Virus record (IMG/VR): IMGVR_UViG_3300011724_000025
Span: 1-64,000 of that record
DNA: 64,000 nucleotides
Source of the DNA: a virus
Lineage: Duplodnaviria; Caudoviricetes
Direction: 5' to 3' (one strand)
Part shown: positions 41,513 through 50,538 of the stretch, piece by piece
Layout of the letters: each line of letters starts with the position of its first letter
How positions within the stretch are numbered: position 1 is the first letter of the stretch
Position numbers and translations under genes: made by a program
The notes under the pieces: model-generated
The model's database searches: none
Told to the model about the DNA's origin: nothing
What the model saw: the letters and a program-made list of their open reading frames with translations, nothing else

Positions 41513-42733
41513 TCACAAACCTCCTCTAATCTATATACTGAATTTCTTGTTACAACTACTAATTCTCTATTGTTCTCTACAAATGATTCAATCAATGATG
41601 TTCTAATCATTCTTCCGGAATCATTGTTCCATAATAAGCAAAACCTCGTCCCAACCCCTATTAACTCCGGATACAAAACCTCACCACATGTCATCACAAA
41701 TATCCTTCATTTGGTCAATCGCATCTTGCTTAATATTTCCGCCTCTGTCAGTTACAGATGTAATTTTATAGAGTTTCCTCCCCATATTTCATCTTTCAAT
41801 CCATATGAAATTTACGTTTCAACTAACATATTTCTAAAATGCTTTTTAGAATATCTAACGGCATATAGTTAGACATAAAGTCAATTCTCTCCCCATACTT
41901 CTTTTCATATAAATTAACATCTTCAATAAGCATTGCCTGACTATTTTTTATTTTCTCTAACGCTTCTCTCTTCTCCTTTATAAATACATCACGCTCTGTC
42001 AATTTTTTGTCATGTGCTAAACAACCATCTTTCTTTAAAAACTTTGTACCATCATTTGCTACATAAACTACTTCTTCTCTCATAATTTTCTCCATTTCTA
42101 TTTTAAAGATTTGTTTTATGTTTTTATAAACTTTTCAATTAGTCCGAGTGCGCCATTCAACCAATCGCACACTTTAATTAATAAATTATATCCCGGTAAG
42201 TTTGGGATCAATTCGTGCCATAAAATTTCAGTTTTATAGTCAGATATACTTTAAGTTTTCCTGCTAAAATGTTATAATCTATAAAGAGTTTACAACCCTT
42301 ACAGGAGACATCATATGAGGAAAAGAGTAAAAAAACATAAACGAATTGCCTATTTAGTACTGATTTATCTACATTGCTTATTGTTTTAGTAAATACCCTT
42401 CTTGATAAGCCACTTCCAAGAGAGGTTATCCTTATTGTCACAAATATTTAGGTTTCAAGAATTCACATCGTTGTCCAAATTGCGAAAGAGAATTTCGTTA
42501 AATCCTAATTTTCATGTTCTTTTGGAAAGTGGTTTTTGCTTTTATAATGCCGTTTGCCAGATGCCGTTTTGCCGGGTTTGTCGTTGTGAATATTCGAGGT
42601 CAATTATTCATATTGGATACTCTTTTGTTTGAAATTAGCAATAAATATGATTTAATCAATGTGATCGTAATATTCCTCTGTTGCAGCTTGTTGAGGTTTG
42701 GAGCGAAAGCGAACTAAAAGTGAGGTAACAATC

Positions 42734-43075
42734 ATGAGTGACCAAAAGAGATCGCAGTTGCCGATACCAGCGCGGGTGACAGTTGGTATTTTTCTGATTT
42801 CTTTTCCCATTATAGGGGGAATTGCCCTTACCATTACAGGTCTATTAGATAGGTACGTACTGGTATACATTGGATATTTATTGAGTAGTTGGCATATATT
42901 CGGCCTTTGCACCAATCAGTCTATCTTCTTGAAGCGCTTTTTCGGGAAGGATCTTTCGTTTCAATATAGCGAGAACGAACTGTGGAGCAAACGCTTTGGC
43001 ATAGTAATGAATTTGCTTTTCCTTACCTTTGGCCTATTCCTGCTTGGCCTTGGGATTTATGATTTGATCCGATGA
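42734..43075 (+). CDS. small membrane protein (three TM segments)
   Basis: SD GAGG before ATG AGT GAC; hydrophobic segments. Confidence 0.55.
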   Translation: MSDQKRSQLPIPARVTVGIFLISFPIIGGIALTITGLLDRYVLVYIGYLLSSWHIFGLCTNQSIFLKRFFGKDLSFQYSENELWSKRFGIVMNLLFLTFGLFLLGLGIYDLIR

Positions 43076-44136
43076 TATATATAATATATATAAACATAGT
43101 TCACCTCCGATTCTAATGGTGAGCGAGGAGGTGCCACCCTTATTTTGAACGGTGCCTTAAAGTGGATTTTGATTTTTCATTGTAATATTCGTTTGACGAT
43201 TGCCAAAAAACCTTTATTTTATCAGAACTTCCGAGTTTGTCGTTACTATTCCCATACCTCTTTCTTCTGTAGACATTCTTTATAAAATTCAGGGAAATTA
43301 GCACTACCTAAATCGCTGTTCTCCGATATCTGGGCATTGCACAGCCATATGTCTAATAGGTATGGCTTCAAATTCAATCTTTATTTTTACTATTTTCTTT
43401 TCTGGCTCTACATTATTACCGTAATATCCCATTATTTTCTCCTCTCTCTTCAATAAAAGGTTCAATCTATGTACTTAACTTTTTCCTTCTCACAAAACGG
43501 AGATATGTCATAATCAATCAAATTTTTAACAATTTTATAAAGCCCAGTACCTGCTCCGCCATTATTAATATGAGTTAAGTCCATTGCGATTTCTCCATCT
43601 TTAGCTATTATATCGGCGAAGTAGAAATCGTCAGAAACCCTATAAACAGTATCGTGCCATATGGTTTCCGCATTTTGTATTGATGAACACTTTAATCCTC
43701 TTTTGTGGATATAATTTATAATTTCTATCATATTATATTTTAGTACTTTATTTAATAGCTCCGTTTCTTTATGTATTTCTTCTATCAATCCCTTTTTTAC
43801 TACTGCCAACTCGTACTCGCACATCTTTACTTTTTCTTCCTGTTTTAATTTAGATTTTTGTAGTTCTCTAATGATAGAATTCATAATTCCTATAACTCTC
43901 CTTTTTTTATATTAATTTTCAAAATAAAATTCCGTTTTTATTTAGCAGCCATCAAAAGAATATCTCTAAAACTCAGATCATTGTTATTTGTTCTTTTACC
44001 ATCAATCCTTACATGACATTTTGTACATTCCGTATATCTGTTGTGTTGCCCATTTTCGAAATGGGTTCCAGTAATCATAATATGTCCGCATCTATCGCAA
44101 TTCTTCATGAGTAACCTCCTTTGATCACTCGGCAAT

Positions 44137-44165
44137 TTGACAGTGTTTTTTCAACATGCTATAAT
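44137..44165 (+). promoter_or_regulatory. consensus sigma-A promoter, antisense to the operon
   Basis: TTGACA-17 bp-(TG n)TATAAT. Confidence 0.85.
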
Positions 44166-44171
44166 GCAATC

Positions 44172-44299
44172 GTGGCTAATGCCACTTCTACTTCACTTTT
44201 CCCCTCTGTGGGATCTTGCTCATTCGAGCAATGTGTAGTAGGTCTGTAAATTGGGACGAATCGAGGTACTGCCAATACCGTTTGAGATTCGTCCCTTTT
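44172..44299 (+). ncRNA. candidate sRNA 1 (about 130 nt)
   Basis: Promoter, hairpins GTGGC/GCCAC and TTGCTC/GAGCAA, terminator GGGACGAATC...GATTCGTCCC-TTTT; no ORF. Confidence 0.6.
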
Positions 44300-44303
44300 A
44301 TAT

Positions 44304-45098
44304 TTATGAGAGATATTTCATCACACCGGACTTTCTCTTGAGTAATAATTTTACATGCGTACTATCATGCAATTGAATTCCAAAATCCTCATCTATCTTA
44401 TTTGCTGTAAATGGGAGCACGTAATCCTCGAAATATATAATTTCGTATTTATCCGTCGGAACTTTGCTTAGCAATTTTTCCATAGTAATAGGAAAATAAT
44501 TCTCTCTTACTTCGCGCTCCCAGTTTGAAACATATCGATATTTCATGAGGAAATGTACTAAATTTCTATTCTCAGTTATACTTCCCCATATACTTTCGTA
44601 GTCTAATACTTGATTTGCATCTGCTTTTTGTATCACCTTTACCCAATCATTCACATCCGCCTTACGATTTACAGAAGAGCTAACACAAAAGTCTCGGATT
44701 GCGATGTATTGGAAGCCCGGATTAAATACACTATTCCAAAATTCACTAATGGCATACGGCATAGAGTATGAATAAACTTCGTGAATCACGCTAGATAAAT
44801 TTAGGAGTGATTTATTAGCATTAACAATACTTAAAGCTTCATTAAAATCGCTAGTAAACAATCCACTCGTTTTATCCTTACCTTTTGCTAATTTAATCAT
44901 TTCTTGACTAATGTCATATCCTATAAGACTTACGCCAGGTAGCCCTTTTGACATATGCTCAATTAACGTTCCGTCTGCGCAGCCAAAATCAACCAACTCT
45001 GTAATGTCATCAATCTTGTCCATAAAGAACAACTTGTCCTGAAAAGATTTCCCCATTCCTTCTATGTAAGTGTCATAATTTTTAATAGATTCACCCAT
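44304..45098 (-). CDS. class I SAM-dependent methyltransferase
   Basis: LVDFGCADG, GYDIS, LSSVIHE, IRD. Confidence 0.8.
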   Translation of the reverse strand: MGESIKNYDTYIEGMGKSFQDKLFFMDKIDDITELVDFGCADGTLIEHMSKGLPGVSLIGYDISQEMIKLAKGKDKTSGLFTSDFNEALSIVNANKSLLNLSSVIHEVYSYSMPYAISEFWNSVFNPGFQYIAIRDFCVSSSVNRKADVNDWVKVIQKADANQVLDYESIWGSITENRNLVHFLMKYRYVSNWEREVRENYFPITMEKLLSKVPTDKYEIIYFEDYVLPFTANKIDEDFGIQLHDSTHVKLLLKRKSGVMKYLS

Positions 45099-45099
45099 A

Positions 45100-47256
45100 T
45101 TACACCGCCCTCTTCTTTAGCAGCTGAGCAAAGCCATCTAAATCATCTCTCATATGTAAATAATTCTCTTTTTGATTCACTATGTATGTACTATTTTTCT
45201 TTGCAAACTCCGCAAACCAGCTCTGCGCAATGTCATCACATTCATGATCACATGCATATCCCACAATACCAAGTAGCGAAGAGAGGTTGTCCAAGTTAAT
45301 TAGCTTAGAGTCATAGTCTATATCCAATGTCCACTCATCAAGCATAGATAGATATAACTCTACATCTTCCTCTGTCTTTTCGGAGCCAGAATTTTCACGT
45401 ACAAAATCTAACGTCTGAATCGCTGCCTTGCAAATATCATCGTTTGTACTACCTACACATGCTTTTACATAGTCTGATTTTGAAAAGTTGTCCACATAAT
45501 CGGCAGATGTGGTTTTAATCTCTTTCTTTGATACTTTTGCTTTTTCAATATGTAAATAATCATTCATCAAATGCTCTAAATGATTTATCTTGCTGACAAC
45601 CACGGCTTTATCTTTAGTTGATTTTCCATTTAAGTTATCAAATGAAACGCCGTCGATCTCTTTGCTATGTAATGACTGATTAAATTCAGCCATAAATTCG
45701 ATGAACTTCTTGTCATCTAATCCGGTATCCATAAACCTGGCGTATAATCCAAAGTAAATAAAGGAATCCTTAGAATCAAACATATTGAAGACCTCTTCTG
45801 TTCCAACATTTGTGATTCTTCCAACCATATCCTCAAAATTGTCAAAACATTCAGTAGTGGCATTTTCTTTCATGTATTCGCATATATCCTCTTGCTTCTT
45901 TTTCCAATCATTTAAGAAGTTGACAGCCATTACGGATTCAACGACTACTCGATTCACAGTGCCATTATTTCCTTCTGACACTTTATACCCACCAAGATCT
46001 TTGAAGAATGGCATACCAGATATACTCTTGACCATTGAAGCAAACTCCTCTCCAAGCCTAGTAATACCCTTCTGAGAAGCCGTCATAGGCTTTCCCTCAT
46101 TGTATCGTGCGATGTGGTAAGCAATATCCTCACTAGAGCAGTTTAAATACTGTACGATTTCAAAGTTATACTCATTAAACTTGTCCTGCAATTCCTCTGG
46201 TAAATCTGAGAACCTTTTCCCACGTATATCAAATTCTCTTCTTTCGCTGATAGGGAATCTTTTATCGTCAAGTTTTGGGCTTCCATCTTCGTTTTTAATT
46301 TGAGCCTGATACTCGATATTCCATCTTCTAATATTTTTTGAAATCTTATATCCGCCCTTAACGAATGAATGTGCATTTGTGCAGCGTTGCTTTCCATCTA
46401 AGTCCCATATAATAGCAAGTCCATTCATTATCTGTTCTGCAAATACAAGGGCAGGAATTGGATTCCCCTGTAAAATGTCAGAAATCAGATTCCCCTTCAT
46501 GCCAGGACTCCATTGCTCTGATTCCCTCTGGAGTGGATGATCAAACCTGATAGTATAATTATCAATCTTTTTAATAATGGCCGCGATACTAAGCCTATCA
46601 GGCTTGCTTTTTTCCAGTGTCTGTGTAAATGTTTGCCCCATTTTCTTCTCCTCAATTTTTGAACATGCCGTTCTATCTCTAAATAATATTTGCGTGTTAC
46701 GAAAAGACTTTATTTGCCTACAATGATCTTCATATTGACCATCTGTTAAGTTTAGGTTGCATTTAATCTCCGAAATAGTAACATCATTCATCTTCATCTC
46801 AACTATTTGCCGTTGAACCGATGATAAACCATTGAGATATTTTTCTACTTTTTCATCGTTTGAAACACCAATTTTATCCAGTGTTTCTTTTTCAATGTCA
46901 TAGTCAGATGCCAACAGGTCGCCAATAGTGGCATTTTCATCTACACCAATGGGCGCATCAATAGAAACTGATAACCTGTCCGCCTTACGTTTTTCTCTAT
47001 TAAGTCCGGTCATCTCCGTTTTGAATTTTCTAGCTAGGCAACCCTTTAAATAAACTTCAAACAGAATCCCCTTTGATTCATCAAAAGTTTCTGTTGCCTT
47101 CCATAATTCTTCATTGGCTTTACTGTAAAAATCATCATGATCTTTTTCTGAAATTCCGCCAAACTTTATGAATAACGGATATGATATTTTTCTGAGTTTA
47201 GCCATGTTGTTTGATGCATACTCGTCCAATAATTGCTGTTTTTGCATAGAATCCAT
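45100..47256 (-). CDS. sigma-70-like factor fused to DUF262 (ParB/Srx-like) domain
   Basis: DDFYSKANEELWKA..TFDESKG..F..Y (region 2), LSSVQRQI...ISEI (region 4); HPLQR...W...LISDIL.GNPIP...LDGKQR...YNEGKPM (DUF262). Confidence 0.8.
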   Translation of the reverse strand: MDSMQKQQLLDEYASNNMAKLRKISYPLFIKFGGISEKDHDDFYSKANEELWKATETFDESKGILFEVYLKGCLARKFKTEMTGLNREKRKADRLSVSIDAPIGVDENATIGDLLASDYDIEKETLDKIGVSNDEKVEKYLNGLSSVQRQIVEMKMNDVTISEIKCNLNLTDGQYEDHCRQIKSFRNTQILFRDRTACSKIEEKKMGQTFTQTLEKSKPDRLSIAAIIKKIDNYTIRFDHPLQRESEQWSPGMKGNLISDILQGNPIPALVFAEQIMNGLAIIWDLDGKQRCTNAHSFVKGGYKISKNIRRWNIEYQAQIKNEDGSPKLDDKRFPISERREFDIRGKRFSDLPEELQDKFNEYNFEIVQYLNCSSEDIAYHIARYNEGKPMTASQKGITRLGEEFASMVKSISGMPFFKDLGGYKVSEGNNGTVNRVVVESVMAVNFLNDWKKKQEDICEYMKENATTECFDNFEDMVGRITNVGTEEVFNMFDSKDSFIYFGLYARFMDTGLDDKKFIEFMAEFNQSLHSKEIDGVSFDNLNGKSTKDKAVVVSKINHLEHLMNDYLHIEKAKVSKKEIKTTSADYVDNFSKSDYVKACVGSTNDDICKAAIQTLDFVRENSGSEKTEEDVELYLSMLDEWTLDIDYDSKLINLDNLSSLLGIVGYACDHECDDIAQSWFAEFAKKNSTYIVNQKENYLHMRDDLDGFAQLLKKRAV

Positions 47257-47299
47257 TTTGCCACCGCCTTATTTATACTAATGAGTCAACAGTGTTAAA

Positions 47300-47369
47300 C
47301 AACCGATGTGCGACTTGAACACACCCCAAGATAATCAAAATACCCTGTGCTACCTTACACCAATCAGTT
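47300..47369 (-). tRNA. phage tRNA-Gln(UUG)-like gene, degenerate
   Basis: Acceptor AACTGAT/ATCGGTT, D arm GTGT-AAGGTA-GCAC, anticodon arm GGGTA-TTTTGAT-TATCT, T arm GTGTG-TTCAAGT-CGCAC; no CCA. Confidence 0.7.
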
Positions 47370-47433
47370 ACAATATTTAATTCTCCATTCATTTATGGGA
47401 GACTATAGCAGAAACGCCGATACATGAAATTGC

Positions 47434-47462
47434 TTGACTAATAAAAAGAAATTATGTAAAAT
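47434..47462 (+). promoter_or_regulatory. sigma-A promoter, antisense
   Basis: TTGACT-17 bp-TAAAAT. Confidence 0.7.
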
Positions 47463-47468
47463 ACAATC

Positions 47469-47598
47469 AAGCATAGTAATCTGCTATGTTTCATAAGTCC
47501 GGCCGTTTCTGGCTTTGATTTATGTTATGTGTAGAATCACAGTCTGTTTGCGGAGGTGCGCCAACACCGATGAAGCTAAACAGACTGTGATTTTTATT
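47469..47598 (+). ncRNA. candidate sRNA 2 (about 130 nt)
   Basis: Hairpin AAGCATAG/CTATGTTT, second hairpin, 15-bp terminator stem AATCACAGTCTGTTT...AAACAGACTGTGATT then T-rich run. Confidence 0.6.
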
Positions 47599-47625
47599 TA
47601 ATCAATAGCACCGTGACTGGTTATG

Positions 47626-47676
47626 ATTATAAATCGAACATACGTTCTTTGTCAAGGTCTTTCGAATATATGTTCG
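47626..47676 (-). promoter_or_regulatory. sigma-A promoter with two LexA (Cheo) boxes
   Basis: -35 TTGACA (47650-47655), -10 TATAAT (47626-47631); CGAACATACGTTC (47635-47647) and CGAATATATGTTCG (47663-47676). Confidence 0.82.
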
Positions 47677-47688
47677 ATTATTGTCGTT

Positions 47689-48006
47689 TTATTCCCTTAA
47701 CAATATAGTACTTAATTTACCTCGCGGAATTATATTCCTTATATCTGGTTGCTTTTCAGTAAACACCCTCAATTGATTCACAAAATCATCATACACTCTT
47801 GCAATCGTTTCGGCTTCCATAATTATGTTTTCGCATTCATGTTTGCCTTTCTTTACAAACTCAGGAATCTCATCGCTTTCCAGGTCTTGAACTGCAACAA
47901 GAACTGTTTTAGATTTGTTGCCACGATTATATTTAAGTGCTTCTTCGATAGTCATTTCGATATATTGCATATTAGGCCACCTCTCCGAAATTAGCGTCAT
48001 ATACAC
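47689..48006 (-). CDS. hypothetical protein downstream of mazF-like gene
   Basis: ORF with SD GGAGGTG before MQYIE. Confidence 0.6.
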   Translation of the reverse strand: MYMTLISERWPNMQYIEMTIEEALKYNRGNKSKTVLVAVQDLESDEIPEFVKKGKHECENIIMEAETIARVYDDFVNQLRVFTEKQPDIRNIIPRGKLSTILLRE

Positions 48007-48334
48007 GCCTTATTTCTTTTTTCTCTTTTACATCGGAAATATAACCGAGGTATTTAATGATTCTCTTTTCTGATATTTGTCTCATGCATTCTCCTAACAC
48101 CATTGAATCCTCAACCAGCCCCTTTTCGTTTCCTTTCTCAATGAGAGTATGCGTTGGCTGATTGAGATTCTTAACTTGACTTGTTAACGGCATTACAATG
48201 GTTGTACTGCTATAGAAATTTCCCACGTCATTTTGTATAATTACTGCCGGTCTTATACCGCCCTGCTCTGAGTCAATTACATTTAATCCGAAATCTACAA
48301 GTACAATATCATATCTTTTTAAATCCTGTGTCAT
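47972..48334 (-). CDS. PemK/MazF (EndoA-like) endoribonuclease
   Basis: SEQGGIRPAVIIQNDVGN..S.TTIV.PLTS; start 48334 or 48346 after GAAAGGAGG. Confidence 0.88.
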   Translation of the reverse strand: MTQDLKRYDIVLVDFGLNVIDSEQGGIRPAVIIQNDVGNFYSSTTIVMPLTSQVKNLNQPTHTLIEKGNEKGLVEDSMVLGECMRQISEKRIIKYLGYISDVKEKKEIRRVYDANFGEVA

Positions 48335-48386
48335 AATTTTACGCATCCTCCTTTCTTCAACACTTGCCAATCTCTTTATACTCAAC

Positions 48387-48479
48387 ATTATATACTACGC
48401 TTTATATAAAGTCAAGTATATATAGCAAATATATTTTATATTTATATTTCTTTCTATATATGCTATACTATATATAAAG
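48387..48479. promoter_or_regulatory. divergent repressor/lytic promoter region with operators
   Basis: Minus-strand TTGACT (48410-48415)-17 bp-TATAAT (48387-48392); palindromes CTTTATATAAAG (48400-48411) and CTATATATAAAG (48468-48479). Confidence 0.75.
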
Positions 48480-48483
48480 TGAG

Positions 48484-48759
48484 GTGTATATAATGCGATT
48501 AAATATCAAAGACAAGCTAGCCGAAAAGAAAATTACCAGGTACGAACTTGCCAAACGCATCGGTGTCTCATATCCAACAATTACCGCTATTTTCAATGGA
48601 GATTCCACAAGCATTAAATTAGAGATATTAGAGGCATTGTGCAAAGAGTTAGAATGTACCCCAAACGACTTAATCGTTTCTGATGATCCCACAGTCAGTC
48701 GGTTACTCTTATATGTAGATAAGATGCAACAAGATGCAAAGAAAGACGATAGAAATTAA
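48484..48759 (+). CDS. XRE-family HTH regulator (probable prophage repressor)
   Basis: ITRYELAKRIGVSYPTI...LEALCKELECTPNDL; divergent from the lytic operon. Confidence 0.85.
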   Translation: MYIMRLNIKDKLAEKKITRYELAKRIGVSYPTITAIFNGDSTSIKLEILEALCKELECTPNDLIVSDDPTVSRLLLYVDKMQQDAKKDDRN

Positions 48760-48775
48760 ATCTATCGTCTTTCTC
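48740..48775. terminator. bidirectional terminator
   Basis: AGAAAGACGATAGA...TCTATCGTCTTTCT. Confidence 0.75.
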
Positions 48776-48836
48776 TTCTATTGATGAAACAGTTCTATTA
48801 TTTTGTCTTTTTACGGCCGGCCCAACAAGGACTCAA

Positions 48837-49193
48837 TTATATCTTTTTTCTCCACATTGCATATGATAAATTAAAATCGGCTTTTTTATTCTCTTCATAT
48901 AATTTCAAAACTCCTGGTAAAGCTTTTTCTATATACTCATCTTTAATATTTAAGGTAGCCATGATCTTATCTATATTTTGAATTTTTACAAGTTCACTTA
49001 TGTATTTCTCACGAGTAAACCATTTTAATTTATGATGAGCGTAGAGCGTCGACAAGCTTGACTGATGTATTCCGCAATTATTTATAGTTTCCCATAGCGA
49101 TTTGACACTCTTTTAATTATCAAGATATTCAATCCACTGCTGTGTATAGTTTCTATTAAAATATACAATAATATCTTCTTCACTAGTAGACAT
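48837..49193 (-). pseudogene. 118-codon ORF with in-frame TAA at codon 27
   Basis: SD AGGAG + ATG at 49193, stop at 49113-49115, same frame continues as track ORF 48837-49055. Confidence 0.55.
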
Positions 49194-49220
49194 TTCTCTT
49201 CTCTCCTAATCTATTTTTAA

Positions 49221-50444
49221 TCAATCTTTCATATTTGTTTTCTTTTTTGCTGCTTTATAACTATTACGATATTCATCACGCAGTAGAGCATATGAGATTA
49301 AATTTTCTATAAGTGTGACAATTTCTTGGTCGTCCAAATGCCAAAGCCTATCATGTTCAAGCTTTCCGAGAAAAAATCTTTTCCCATCTACAATTTGTGG
49401 ATATCTTGCGTAGACGAGTTTTCGAAGCTCGCTAACTTTACCACTCCCTAAATTACCAATTCCGATACGACCATGATGATAGAAGTAACATGAGTTACCG
49501 ATTACCGTTAAGTTATCATCTAGAATAAGTTGCAAAGAATGATGTGTATCTTTTTCATTGTCAATTGCAACATTAAGTGATGTCTTTTGAATCTCTTGTT
49601 TCGCTTCTGTAACATATGTAGATATGTTTATAGAAACAAATTCTGTACTTCCATTTACATCAATTAAAAATGAACGATATGGCCCTGAAAATATTCCTCC
49701 GCCGGCATTGCCATAAGATAAAAATCTTAAGCCATAATCTTCAAGCAAATTAAAAAGCTTATATTTATTCTTTGGGAATTTATAGCTTACATCCAGCAAG
49801 CATTCCCAAAGGTTCATTATGGGGATTGCTTTAGATAAGGTAGTATTCGTCCCAATTTCATAGTCTTGATAATCACATAAGTTTTTCTCCAAGTCCTCAA
49901 ATGGAATTCTAATTGGTGTTTCATCCTCTTCAATTTTAGAATAAATCCCTTTAATCATATCTTGATAATTCGGAAGTGCTTTTATATCAATATACTGATT
50001 CGATTCTGAGTCGAATTTACAACAAATAGTGTCTTCTCCATCTGTTAGCATAGCATATTCACATTCTAGAAAATCCGCATAATCTAAAACTTGATTTACT
50101 GCTTTTTCTCCTAGTAAAACACCTTTGGCTTTACATTCCACCACGGCTATTGGCGACGAAGTATTATCTATATCATTAAGTTTATGGATAACAATATCAG
50201 CTCGTCTTTTAGAGTTAGCTACATAGTGAGAAATGTGTTCTTCTACTGTAATCATGCTGCGTGGCGTCTGTAGCTCGTCAATTAGATATGAAATAGTCTT
50301 TTGTCTTATAGTTTCTTCTGGCGTGATAAATATTAACTTTTCTCTAATAGAATCCAAATAGCATTCTTTACCACAACGTTTATATATCTTCGGTAGGGGT
50401 TGATTCTCCAAATTTATTTTCATAATCTCACCTCTAAAAGCCAT
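49221..50444 (-). CDS. HsdR N-terminal (HSDR_N_2)-type PD-(D/E)xK nuclease protein
   Basis: TPEETIRQ, RADIVI, VVECK, QVLDY, LTDG. Confidence 0.75.
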   Translation of the reverse strand: MAFRGEIMKINLENQPLPKIYKRCGKECYLDSIREKLIFITPEETIRQKTISYLIDELQTPRSMITVEEHISHYVANSKRRADIVIHKLNDIDNTSSPIAVVECKAKGVLLGEKAVNQVLDYADFLECEYAMLTDGEDTICCKFDSESNQYIDIKALPNYQDMIKGIYSKIEEDETPIRIPFEDLEKNLCDYQDYEIGTNTTLSKAIPIMNLWECLLDVSYKFPKNKYKLFNLLEDYGLRFLSYGNAGGGIFSGPYRSFLIDVNGSTEFVSINISTYVTEAKQEIQKTSLNVAIDNEKDTHHSLQLILDDNLTVIGNSCYFYHHGRIGIGNLGSGKVSELRKLVYARYPQIVDGKRFFLGKLEHDRLWHLDDQEIVTLIENLISYALLRDEYRNSYKAAKKKTNMKD

Positions 50445-50538
50445 GGCAATTTTTATCTTTATAGTTTATGCAAGCAATCTAATAATCAGACGATAGAATT
50501 ATTTACTTGCACTGAATATATAGAACTATTCTACCACA

